Assembly: GCA_964615205.1 (NCBI GenBank)
Contig: CAZTQA010000002.1
Span: 125,267 to 189,266, forward strand
Length of the DNA: 64,000 bases
Direction: 5' to 3'
DNA from: an uncultured Candidatus Saccharibacteria bacterium
Lineage (GTDB): Bacteria; Patescibacteriota; Minisyncoccia; Minisyncoccales; JAGMDC01
Under the pieces are notes generated by a model, which made no database searches, was not told where the DNA came from, and saw nothing but the letters and a program-made list of their open reading frames with translations. Below are positions 55,050 through 63,848 of the stretch, in pieces (positions within the stretch are counted from its first letter, which is position 1; each line of letters begins with the position of its first letter). The translations under genes and the position numbers were made by a program.

Positions 55050-56948
55050 TTAAATTGAGACTTTGTATATTTTTATTACAGAACTAAAATAGTTATCGGA
55101 GAAGGTATTAAATTTTAATTCAAAGCCAGGTACTTCTTCGTTATAAATGAGAAGTCTTGTGAATAAACTATTTTTTAATTCATCTGGAATGAAAAATTTT
55201 GTTTCCTCAGATTTCTCGTCATATTCAGCCGCATATTTGTATTGATTTCCAGCTTCAGTTTCTCTATCCCAAGTAGCGCAATATGTCCAGATATAACTTC
55301 TGGGTATTAAGTCAGCTGAAAGCAATAAATAAACTTCTGAAGCCTCTCCTTTATAATTCTTAATAATATTCAAGGCCTTTTGGGGATCATCAGTAAATAA
55401 AATGTTAGAAAAATCTTGTATTCTCGAGGTAATACAAATATTATCTTTAATAATACCCTTCCTGTCAAAACATTCTTCTCTAGAAGCGGAATCCAAATCA
55501 GTTTCTTTCAGCCCTCCGAAGCTTCCATTATCAAGTATTACTTTTCTGTTAGTTGTTGTTAATATCCAATAACCATAATCTGACCAAGAAAGGACTACTG
55601 CATCCTCATTTGTTTTTTGTTTTAGAAAATTTAAAGCGCTACCCCACTGCGAATTAATGCCAGTCCTATGATCAAACGCCTCCAAATAAGCAATATTAAA
55701 AGTAAAGTAAAAACAGAAAAAAATAAGAACAACTGATAAAATAAACATTGATTTATCTAATCTCTTCTCTAATAGTAAAGCAAGACTTTTCTTCCAGATA
55801 ACTAAAACACAAAACCCAGCGCATAAAGCTAACGGAAGAGCAAAAAACTCTCCATACCTAATAGATTTTGAAAAAGGAAAAAGAGTAGTAATAAAAAAAA
55901 CTGTTAATAAAGGAAACAAATACTGCCATTTGCTTTTATTAATATTTTTAACAAAACAAAGAATTATTAAAATAAACCCTAAAATCCCAATGAAAAAACA
56001 AGAACTGCCTAAATTACTTATTGCATTAATAAAACCTTTCGGGGCTTGAAGCTCATCAATAAAAGGTCTGAGGCTTGGGAAGCCCTCTGGAGTAATTTGT
56101 TCTGCAGATGTTTTAATCTGAAAAAAACTAAAAGGAGAAATAAGTGTTTCTTTAACAACATCAATGCCTAAGAAAACAAGCGTAAACAGAAAAAAACTCA
56201 AGAAAAAAATCAGGTAAACAAAAAAATAGTTCTTGAAAGATAAAAAAGATTTTTTAGAAAAATAATGAATACAAAAATGGAAAAATAAAAGGGAAAGAAC
56301 AATCCAAAAAGCCAGCCAGCTACCTACCCAGGCCCAAGACCATAAAAAGAGCAAGAAGCCGGCCAAAAAAGAAAATGTTAGTGCTTTCCGTTTAAAAACC
56401 CTTTCTAAATCAACTTTAGAAAGAGCAGCAATAAAAAAACATATAATAAGGGACAAAAATAAAAGATTAATACCATCAGTATCTAAATCCCCTGACATAC
56501 TTCTTAATAGAAAAACCGGCGACAGAGTAAAAAAAAGAGCAGACAGAACGCCAACCAAATTACTGAAAAGAATTCTACCAATGAAAAAAATAGGAAAAAC
56601 ACTTAAAGCTCCTATAAATAGAGAAAACCAAAAACAAAAAGCTAAAAGAGACGGTTGCGGCAATAAAAGATTGAAAAGTTTATAAGAATAAGTTATTAAA
56701 TAAACAAAAAAATCAGGCTTATACGGAACTCCGTCAGGATACATTCTCAAAATATCTGTTTCAATATTACCTTGGTTTAAAAGAACATCTGACTGATGGT
56801 AATAAAAAAACCCATCATGCCTTAGCAGATAAGGCTCGTAAAGGGTATATGAACGCAAACTTAAAGAAAGAAAGAAAACAAAAAATAAAAAAATTATTGT
56901 GAATAATTTTTTATTTTGGGAAAAGATTTTAACAATAGATATTCTCAT
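55050..56948 (-). CDS. STT3/PglB/AglB-type oligosaccharyltransferase homolog (GT-C fold)
   Basis: 632 aa with about 13 TMs plus a soluble C-terminal domain. SWSDYGYWI matches the WWDYG motif. SGDLDTDG is a DxD-like acidic loop, PFIDELQ is TIXE/SVSE-like, and SIRYGEFFALP carries the conserved Arg segment. Confidence 0.75.
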   Translation of the reverse strand: MRISIVKIFSQNKKLFTIIFLFFVFFLSLSLRSYTLYEPYLLRHDGFFYYHQSDVLLNQGNIETDILRMYPDGVPYKPDFFVYLITYSYKLFNLLLPQPSLLAFCFWFSLFIGALSVFPIFFIGRILFSNLVGVLSALFFTLSPVFLLRSMSGDLDTDGINLLFLSLIICFFIAALSKVDLERVFKRKALTFSFLAGFLLFLWSWAWVGSWLAFWIVLSLLFFHFCIHYFSKKSFLSFKNYFFVYLIFFLSFFLFTLVFLGIDVVKETLISPFSFFQIKTSAEQITPEGFPSLRPFIDELQAPKGFINAISNLGSSCFFIGILGFILIILCFVKNINKSKWQYLFPLLTVFFITTLFPFSKSIRYGEFFALPLALCAGFCVLVIWKKSLALLLEKRLDKSMFILSVVLIFFCFYFTFNIAYLEAFDHRTGINSQWGSALNFLKQKTNEDAVVLSWSDYGYWILTTTNRKVILDNGSFGGLKETDLDSASREECFDRKGIIKDNICITSRIQDFSNILFTDDPQKALNIIKNYKGEASEVYLLLSADLIPRSYIWTYCATWDRETEAGNQYKYAAEYDEKSEETKFFIPDELKNSLFTRLLIYNEEVPGFELKFNTFSDNYFSSVIKIYKVSI

Positions 56949-56995
56949 TTCTCATAAAAACTAATCAATAATAACCTAAAAACAACATCCACCAT
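56945..56995 (-). CDS. 16-codon leader mini-ORF (MVDVVFRLLLISFYEK) derived from a pilD 5-prime duplication
   Basis: Hand translation. The first six codons mirror pilD (MVNVVF). Its TGA overlaps the OST ATG as ATGA. Confidence 0.35.
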   Translation of the reverse strand: MVDVVFRLLLISFYEK

Positions 56996-57038
56996 TAATT
57001 TATTATACCAATTTCCCCAACTTTTACAAAAAAAAGAG
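56979..57038 (-). promoter_or_regulatory. promoter/start module, copy 2 of the 61-bp duplication
   Basis: Minus strand reads TTGTAA, 16 nt, TATAAT, aaatta, ATG GTG GAT GTT GTT TT. Confidence 0.6.
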
Positions 57039-57072
57039 GTTTGACCTTCTTAATTTAGTTATTTTATAAAAT

Positions 57073-57546
57073 TTAATTTGATGGACAAGTCATATTGCCC
57101 GTAAAATTACATTCTTTTGTCCCTGGATCGATATCAGTAATAATTGCTTTTCCAGTGTTATCAATACAAAAAAATCCCACTCCAGAAATATTTAAACGAG
57201 AATATATACAATATTTATTAGTGTCAGCGTAACAAAATACATAGCCTCCGTTGTTTGAAATTTCCATATTAATTGAAGTTAATTCGTCTTGATAAAGATA
57301 ATCTATTCTGATCTCACCGTCGTCGCATAAATCCGCATAACTATTTTTTTTATTATAAATAAACTCAGCAAAAGGAACTAATTGCCTAATTCCTAATATG
57401 ATCCTAGCATCTCTAGCTTTAATTTTACTTTGATTCAAAGAAACTAAAGTAATTGAACTAAGAATACCAATAATAGCAACAACAAGCAATAATTCAATTA
57501 AGCTGAACGCTCTATTAACTTTCTTAATAATAAATAAACTAATCAT
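57073..57546 (-). CDS. type IV pilin paralog 3
   Basis: 157 aa with prepilin N-terminus KKVNRA/FSLIELLLVVAIIGILSS. The C-terminus ...KECNFTGNMTCPSN carries N-x-T sequons. Confidence 0.7.
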   Translation of the reverse strand: MISLFIIKKVNRAFSLIELLLVVAIIGILSSITLVSLNQSKIKARDARIILGIRQLVPFAEFIYNKKNSYADLCDDGEIRIDYLYQDELTSINMEISNNGGYVFCYADTNKYCIYSRLNISGVGFFCIDNTGKAIITDIDPGTKECNFTGNMTCPSN

Positions 57547-57984
57547 CTAGGGACAATTAGGACAACTAGTAAGACTAAAAGTTGCATCACAAGTTACACA
57601 GGGCATTGCTTTTGAGGTTCCTCTACTGTCAACGCACCAATTTTTAGCAATGCTATCATAAACAGATGCACAAGCAGCCCATTCCTCACCGTCAACATCA
57701 TCTGATCTACAAATCGCCGTTTTTTCTAGTTTTTCAATTTCGTCAATTGCTCTAACTACATCCAAATCAGCCCCGCAAAAATCTTTGAAATTTCCAAAAT
57801 CATCAGCATACAATTCACCAGCTACCTTCAAACTACCCAAATTCGCAATAATAGTAGCATCTTTCGATTTATTTCTTGCTCGATTTAAAGATACAAAAAC
57901 AATTAAAGATAACAATCCAACAATAGCAATAACCACCAAAATCTCAATTAAAGTAAACGATTTAGCTCTAATTTTATATTTCAT
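57547..57984 (-). CDS. type IV pilin paralog 2
   Basis: 145 aa with prepilin N-terminus KIRAKS/FTLIEILVVIAIVGLLS. Shares the C-terminal pattern W.AC...Y....WCVDS.G.SKA with the other pilins. Confidence 0.7.
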   Translation of the reverse strand: MKYKIRAKSFTLIEILVVIAIVGLLSLIVFVSLNRARNKSKDATIIANLGSLKVAGELYADDFGNFKDFCGADLDVVRAIDEIEKLEKTAICRSDDVDGEEWAACASVYDSIAKNWCVDSRGTSKAMPCVTCDATFSLTSCPNCP

Positions 57985-58000
57985 GAATAAAACCTTAATA

Positions 58001-58034
58001 AGAGGCCTTGCAAGATTACTTTTACAAGGCCTCT
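58001..58034 (-). terminator. strong hairpin after the first pilin gene
   Basis: agaggccttg, 14-nt loop, caaggcctct (10-bp perfect stem). Confidence 0.6.
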
Positions 58035-58079
58035 GACAATAATAATTCAGATATTAAAAAAACAAATTTTAAAATCTTA

Positions 58080-58493
58080 TTACGGACAAACTGTACCAGT
58101 AAAACCAGCTGTTGTACAAGTCATGGTAGGTTCTGCTTTTGAATTACCTGCACTATCTACACACCAAACGAGATTAGTTGTGTCGTAAATTGGTGAACAA
58201 GCAGCCCATGAATCTGCAGCATCATTACATACCGCCGTTTTGCCTTGCTTTGCAATCGCACTGATAGCTTTGCTTGCGTCGCCACTAGCACAAAAACCAC
58301 TATAGTCTCCAGTATCTGCATATAATTCGGCCCCTGCTCTTAGGGCAGCAAGATCTGCCTGGATATTAGCATCTTTGGCTTTATTTCTAGCGCCGGAGAG
58401 GGAAACCAAGACAATTGAAGAAAGAATACCGATAACTGCAATTACAACTAATAATTCAATTAAGGTAAAACCTTTCTTAGTAAATTTTTTCAT
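58080..58493 (-). CDS. pilA: type IV pilin, likely major subunit
   Basis: 137 aa with the canonical prepilin N-terminus MKKFTKKG/FTLIELLVVIAVIGILSS. It has its own upstream region and its own terminator. Confidence 0.75.
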   Translation of the reverse strand: MKKFTKKGFTLIELLVVIAVIGILSSIVLVSLSGARNKAKDANIQADLAALRAGAELYADTGDYSGFCASGDASKAISAIAKQGKTAVCNDAADSWAACSPIYDTTNLVWCVDSAGNSKAEPTMTCTTAGFTGTVCP

Positions 58494-58598
58494 ATTAAAT
58501 TTAAATTAAAAATTTTAATTTTAAAGTAATCGACCTTTAGTTTATTTCTATTTTTCTATTATAACTCTTTTTAGGAAAACACACCTGTGGAAAACTCT

Positions 58599-58620
58599 AA
58601 AACTGCCTTTTGGCAGTTTT
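58599..58620 (-). terminator. hairpin overlapping the pilC stop codon
   Basis: aaaactgcc-tttt-ggcagtttt. Confidence 0.5.
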
Positions 58621-59845
58621 ACACTGCTGTTCCGATGAAGTTGTAAAGAGGAATAAACACAGCTGCAGCAATGGTACCTACAATCAGAGCCAAAAACACG
58701 ATCAGGGCCGGTTCAATAACGCTTAAAAGAGTATCCAAAGCCCTTTCCACTTCTTTCTGGAAGAAAAAGGCTACCTTCTCTAAGCTGTCCTCCAGCTGTC
58801 CGCTTTTTTCTCCGGTTGACACCATTTGGGTGAAAATTGTCGGAAAGTAATCCGGGTACCTGATTAAAATCGAACTGATTGTTTTTCCTCTTTTGACTCC
58901 TTCCTGGGTTTTTAAAATAGCTTCTTTGTAAACACTATTATTAACGATATCACTGCAGATTTTAATTGCCTGTGAAATAGGCAGTCCCCCGGCAATCAAG
59001 GTGGAAAGATTCTGGGCAAAACGGGAAAGATAAAACTTTTTTAAAAAATCGCCCAGAACCGGAAAATCTAAAATACGCTTGTCAAAAAATTCTTTTCCTT
59101 CATCAGTTCTTTTAAAATAGAAGTAAATAAAAGCCATAAAAGCTATCAGGATTCCCACAATCAGAAAAAGCCAATGCCTCAAAAATCCTGAAGCTCCCAA
59201 AACAACCTTAGTAAAAAAAGGCAGTTCCTGTTCTGAAGAAAGAAAAATTTCTTCAAATTGAGGCATAATAAAGAAGATAATAATAGTGATAACACCAAAG
59301 GAAACACCCACTACCAAAAGAGGATAAATCATTGAACCCTTGATTTTAGACATAAACTCATACTGCTGCTCAGTTCTATCAGCTAAATATTTTAAGACTT
59401 CCGACAGCTTTCCTGATGCTTCGCCTGATTTTATCATATTGACATAAAAAGGAGAAAATAGCTCCGGATACTTGTCAAATGATTCGGAAAGAGCAGTTCC
59501 TCCCTCAACATCTCTAGCAATACTTAAAACTTTTTCCCGAAAAACCGGGTTTTTCTGCTGCATCCCTAATACTTCCAAACTTTCCACTAAAGGCACATTG
59601 GCTGTAAACATCATTGAAAGCTGGCGAGAAAAAATAACTATGTCTTTTTGACTTACTCTCTGAAAAATCTTTATATCTTTTAACCAAACCGGAATAAGCT
59701 CGGACTCAATTAAAGAAACCGCGAAAAGATCGTGGCTTTCTAAAATATCCAGAGCTGATTCTCTGGAACTTGCATCCACTATCCCCTCTTTCATCTCTCC
59801 ATCTTCAGTTCTTGCCTGATATTTGAATTTCATAGCATCAATCAA
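58619..59845 (-). CDS. pilC: type IV pilus platform protein PilC (GspF family)
   Basis: 408 aa with two GspF-type repeats and three TM segments. Confidence 0.9.
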   Translation of the reverse strand: MIDAMKFKYQARTEDGEMKEGIVDASSRESALDILESHDLFAVSLIESELIPVWLKDIKIFQRVSQKDIVIFSRQLSMMFTANVPLVESLEVLGMQQKNPVFREKVLSIARDVEGGTALSESFDKYPELFSPFYVNMIKSGEASGKLSEVLKYLADRTEQQYEFMSKIKGSMIYPLLVVGVSFGVITIIIFFIMPQFEEIFLSSEQELPFFTKVVLGASGFLRHWLFLIVGILIAFMAFIYFYFKRTDEGKEFFDKRILDFPVLGDFLKKFYLSRFAQNLSTLIAGGLPISQAIKICSDIVNNSVYKEAILKTQEGVKRGKTISSILIRYPDYFPTIFTQMVSTGEKSGQLEDSLEKVAFFFQKEVERALDTLLSVIEPALIVFLALIVGTIAAAVFIPLYNFIGTAV

Positions 59846-60905
59846 TTAGTCTTCTAAGCTCAATGGGATTGGTAGAATAATTTAAAGCATTCTGCAGAGA
59901 AACTTCTTTTTTGCGGATTAATTCAGCCAAGGCATAGTTTAAAGAAACCATTCCTTTTTTGCGGCTGGTTTCAATAACCAAAGGCAGCTCATGAATTTTG
60001 TTCTCTCTGATTAAATTAGCTACAGCCGGAGTGGAAAGCATTATTTCGCAAGCCGGAATCTGGCCTCCCCTGATTCGAGGGATCAATCTCTGGGAAACTA
60101 CACCCAATAAAGAACCTGAAAGCTGGGCTCTGATTTGATCTTGCTGTTCAGCCGTGAAACTATCCACAATTCTGTGAATAGTCTGTGAAGCAGAATTGGT
60201 GTGTAAGGTGGCAAAAACTAAGTGCCCGGTTTCAGCTGCTGTAATAGCTGTAGCAATGGTTTCCGGGTCTCTCATTTCACCCACCATAATCACATCTGGA
60301 TCCTGACGGAAAGTGGAACGTAAAGCCCGGGCAAAAGACAAAGTATCCTGGTAAACCTCTCTCTGGTCAATAACTGATTTATCGTCTTCAAAAACATACT
60401 CAATGGGATCTTCAATAGTAATGATATGGTCAGTACGAGTGTGATTGATTTCATCAATTAAGGCTGCCAAGGTAGTTGATTTGCCATGACTGGAAGGACC
60501 AGTCATAATTACAAATCCCTGCATAGGCTTTGCAAATTCGTGCATAATGGGCGGCAAACTTAATTCTTCAATAGTTCTAATTTTATTGGGAATAAGGCGC
60601 AGGGCGCAGGAGACACAGCCCTTTTGGTAAAAAATATTTACCCTGAATCTTCCTTTGTCTTCAAAATGATAAGAAAAGTCAATTTCTTTTTGCTGGGAAA
60701 ATCTTTGCTGCTGCTGCTCGGTCATTAAAGCCATCGCCAAACCCTGCGTATCTGTGGAATTCAATCTCTCTTTTTTAGTCAAAGGAATGAGCCGTCCGCT
60801 AATCCTTAAAACTGGAGGATGCGTAACAGAAAGATGCAGGTCAGAGGCCTGTTCGCGAATAGTTAAATCAAGCAAATCGTTAAGTTGTTCTTGATAGCTT
60901 GCCAT
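59838..60905 (-). CDS. pilT: type IV pilus retraction ATPase PilT
   Basis: 355 aa. ASDLHL..., GPSSHGKST Walker A, and the Asp and His boxes typical of PilT. Confidence 0.9.
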   Translation of the reverse strand: MASYQEQLNDLLDLTIREQASDLHLSVTHPPVLRISGRLIPLTKKERLNSTDTQGLAMALMTEQQQQRFSQQKEIDFSYHFEDKGRFRVNIFYQKGCVSCALRLIPNKIRTIEELSLPPIMHEFAKPMQGFVIMTGPSSHGKSTTLAALIDEINHTRTDHIITIEDPIEYVFEDDKSVIDQREVYQDTLSFARALRSTFRQDPDVIMVGEMRDPETIATAITAAETGHLVFATLHTNSASQTIHRIVDSFTAEQQDQIRAQLSGSLLGVVSQRLIPRIRGGQIPACEIMLSTPAVANLIRENKIHELPLVIETSRKKGMVSLNYALAELIRKKEVSLQNALNYSTNPIELRRLID

Positions 60906-60906
60906 T

Positions 60907-61272
60907 TTATTTAAGTATCTTTTTTATTTCTTCGACTACTTCGGTTGGGGTAAAATGGGCTTTAATTAAATATTTAGTTACCCCCAAGCCGAGACCTTTA
61001 TCTATTTCTGTTTTCTGCCCCAGATTAGAAAGCACCACTACGGGCATCTTTTCTAACTTTTTGTCTTTTCTTAGCTCTATCAGCACCTGCCAGCCGTCCA
61101 TTTGAGGAAGAACAATATCTAAAAGTAAAAGATCAGGCACTTTTTCTTTAACCATTTTTAAACCCTCCTTACCATTCTTGGCTACTTTAACATTAAAATC
61201 TTCTTCCAGCTTGGTAGTATAGATATCTATTAAAAAGGGATCGTCTTCAACTAATAAAATAGTTTTTTTCAT
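60907..61272 (-). CDS. stand-alone response-regulator receiver (CheY/PilH-like)
   Basis: 121 aa: ILLVEDD, LLLLDIVLPQMDG (phospho-acceptor Asp), and the conserved Lys in YLIKAHF. Confidence 0.85.
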   Translation of the reverse strand: MKKTILLVEDDPFLIDIYTTKLEEDFNVKVAKNGKEGLKMVKEKVPDLLLLDIVLPQMDGWQVLIELRKDKKLEKMPVVVLSNLGQKTEIDKGLGLGVTKYLIKAHFTPTEVVEEIKKILK

Positions 61273-61278
61273 ATATAA

Positions 61279-63036
61279 TTATTTTTCCTCCTTAGTTACT
61301 CTCATTACTTCTTCAAATGAAGTCAAGCCATTCAAAGTCTTAATCAATCCGTCTTGGAGCATAGTAAGCATGCCCTGGTTTTTAGCTTCTTGTTTGAATT
61401 CTAATTCTGATTTGCCTTGGAGTACTAATTGAGACAATTCTTTGGTCATTTCTAATAATTCGTAAACAGCTACTCTGCCTGTATAACCCTGGAGCCGGCA
61501 TTTTTTGCATCCTTTTGCTTCCCAGACGTATAAAGGCTTAGTGATTTTAAATCTTTTTTTATCCTCTGAAGAAATAGGACCTAATTCTTTTAAGATCATA
61601 TCCTCCACTTCTTTGTTGGCTTTAATTTTCTGCCTGCAAAAAGGACAAAGCCGTCTTACTAATCTTTGCGCCAAAATTACGCTTAGACTAGAAGGGAGTA
61701 AAAATCGTTCTATGCCTAAATCTATTAATCTTGGCAAAGCTCCAACTGCTGTCGTAGTGTGAAGAGTTGAAAGGACAACGTGGCCGGTCAAGGCAGCATG
61801 CACAGCCAGAGCAGCCGTCTCTTTATCTCTAATTTCACCCACCATAATCACATCTGGATCCTGACGAAGAATAGAACGCAAGGCTCGAGCAAAAGTATAA
61901 CCAATTTCTTCTTTCGTCTGGGACTGATTAACACCTACCATAAAATATTCTACCGGATCTTCAATGGTAACAATATTCACGCCTTCTTGGTTCAACAAAT
62001 CTAAAACAGCATAAAGGGTAGTGCTTTTTCCAGAACCAGTAGGCCCAGTTGATAGAATCATACCATAGGGTTTTTCTCTGGCTTTATTTAAAACTTCAAA
62101 ATTTCTTCCTTCCAAGCCCAAATTTTCTAAATTCTTCAATCCCTTAGAAGGATCTAATACTCTCATAACCACTTTCTCTCCTGAAATAGTAGGAAAAGTA
62201 GAAACCCTAAAATCAATATCTCTTCCACTGATTTTGCTGGTTATTCTTCCATCCTGTGGCACTCTGCTTTCATCAATTTTTAAATTGGAAAGAATTTTTA
62301 TTCTGGCTACTACAGCTGGATGGATCCGAAAGGGTAAAAAAAGCGAGGAATGAAGTATTCCATCTAAGCGGAATCTTACTCTTAGTTTGTCTTTAACTGG
62401 TTCAACATGAATATCAGAAGCGTTTCCATCTACAGCATGTTTAATAATTACTGAAACAATCTTAGAGATAGGAGCTTCTTCCCCTATCTTTTCCAACTCT
62501 GCTGCTTTTTCAGAGACATCTGTTTCTTCATACTCTGACTCTGCTTCCGTTAGGGCCTGCTTTACCTCTTTAGTAAAACTTAAATACTGTTTTAAAATGT
62601 CCCTGAAATTGGAAAAAGTGATCAAATATACTCTGAAAGAATAATTGCCTCTTCTGGTTAAAAACTTCAGAGCTTCTTGTGACTTAAGATTCTCCGGATA
62701 AACCATTCCTATTTCTAAAATCCTGCCCTTCTTTCCTATGGGCACCATATAATAAAATTCAGCCGCATCTTTGGGAATTATTCTTAAGATATCTATGGAA
62801 ATTTCAGAAGCATCGACATTTTTTAAAGGTATCTTTAGGTTTTCTGCTTTGAGCTGAAAAAGAACATTTTCACTTATTATTCCATCCCTTAAAAGAAGCT
62901 CCTCTTCTGTTTTTTCTGATGTTTTAAGTTCCTCCTCCAAAATCTGGGCTTTCTTTTTATTCAGAACCCCTTTTTCTACTAACTGGTTTATTAAGGTCAT
63001 AATATTAGTATGAGAGAAACGGATTTTCTCTGCCAA
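61279..63036 (-). CDS. pilB: type IV pilus assembly ATPase PilB (GspE family)
   Basis: GPTGSGKST Walker A, a tetra-Cys motif (CPFC...CKKC), and GspE N-terminal domains. The likely true start is ATG 63000 (MTLINQLVEKG), which removes the overlap with the upstream ORF. Confidence 0.9.
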   Translation of the reverse strand: MAEKIRFSHTNIMTLINQLVEKGVLNKKKAQILEEELKTSEKTEEELLLRDGIISENVLFQLKAENLKIPLKNVDASEISIDILRIIPKDAAEFYYMVPIGKKGRILEIGMVYPENLKSQEALKFLTRRGNYSFRVYLITFSNFRDILKQYLSFTKEVKQALTEAESEYEETDVSEKAAELEKIGEEAPISKIVSVIIKHAVDGNASDIHVEPVKDKLRVRFRLDGILHSSLFLPFRIHPAVVARIKILSNLKIDESRVPQDGRITSKISGRDIDFRVSTFPTISGEKVVMRVLDPSKGLKNLENLGLEGRNFEVLNKAREKPYGMILSTGPTGSGKSTTLYAVLDLLNQEGVNIVTIEDPVEYFMVGVNQSQTKEEIGYTFARALRSILRQDPDVIMVGEIRDKETAALAVHAALTGHVVLSTLHTTTAVGALPRLIDLGIERFLLPSSLSVILAQRLVRRLCPFCRQKIKANKEVEDMILKELGPISSEDKKRFKITKPLYVWEAKGCKKCRLQGYTGRVAVYELLEMTKELSQLVLQGKSELEFKQEAKNQGMLTMLQDGLIKTLNGLTSFEEVMRVTKEEK

Positions 63037-63286
63037 ATTCTATCTCTGGATAAGAAATCTTTTCAAATTCCTGAATCTCATCAAAAAAGGCATTTTTTAA
63101 AACATTAAAATCTATGTTTATGTTTTTATCTATGAATCTCTGTTGGGGAACAAAAGCAGTCTCAATATTTTCTTCCTTGACGAAAAACGTTTGGCTTAAC
63201 ACAAAAAGAGCTACTATTACTACTGCGAAAAAAAGAACGGCTAGATAAATTATTCTTTTTTCTTGTTTCTCTTTTATACCTTTCAT
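63005..63286 (-). CDS. small single-TM protein in the PilP position
   Basis: 93 aa with an N-terminal TM, sitting between pilO and pilB. Confidence 0.4.
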   Translation of the reverse strand: MKGIKEKQEKRIIYLAVLFFAVVIVALFVLSQTFFVKEENIETAFVPQQRFIDKNINIDFNVLKNAFFDEIQEFEKISYPEIEFGRENPFLSY

Positions 63287-63290
63287 ATTT

Positions 63291-63845
63291 TTAATAAGAA
63301 TAAACTTTCATTTGTAAATTGAAACTAAGCATTCCACCAGTCTTGTAAAGTCCGCTGGAAAAAGAAATACTCTCTATTCCAATAAAGCGAGCTGATTTTT
63401 CTATGTCAGAAAGGAAATTCTTAAAAGCAGAATAACTGCCGCTCACAGAAACGGAAAATGGGTTATTTTTTACTTTACTTGTCTCTGTTTCAGTAGTGGC
63501 AGTAGTTGTCCTTGTTTTGCTCCCCGAAGAAGACAAACTTACAGAAGAAAGCATTAAACCATTTTTTTCAGTTGTTGTCTGAATAAAATTGAAAACCGAA
63601 GGCATATCATTACTGTCTGGAAGAGCTGAATCTATTAAGCTTAATTCTGTCTCAAATTTCTCTAACTTTCTCTTGGTTTCAGCCAAATTAGTGAAATAAT
63701 CCTCCAGAATTGCTAAATCATGTTCGTCTTGTTCTAATTGAGCTGTTCTCTGGTTTAATCTTTCATATTTGGGCATAAGAATAAAAAATGCCAAAAGAAA
63801 AATTATTAATAGGACAACGCTTGTTAAAATAATTGGATTTTTCAT
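63291..63845 (-). CDS. pilO: PilO-like pilus alignment protein
   Basis: 184 aa with an N-terminal TM, a coiled-coil and a C-terminal ferredoxin-like region, at the syntenic position. Confidence 0.55.
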   Translation of the reverse strand: MKNPIILTSVVLLIIFLLAFFILMPKYERLNQRTAQLEQDEHDLAILEDYFTNLAETKRKLEKFETELSLIDSALPDSNDMPSVFNFIQTTTEKNGLMLSSVSLSSSGSKTRTTTATTETETSKVKNNPFSVSVSGSYSAFKNFLSDIEKSARFIGIESISFSSGLYKTGGMLSFNLQMKVYSY

Positions 63846-63848
63846 TTT

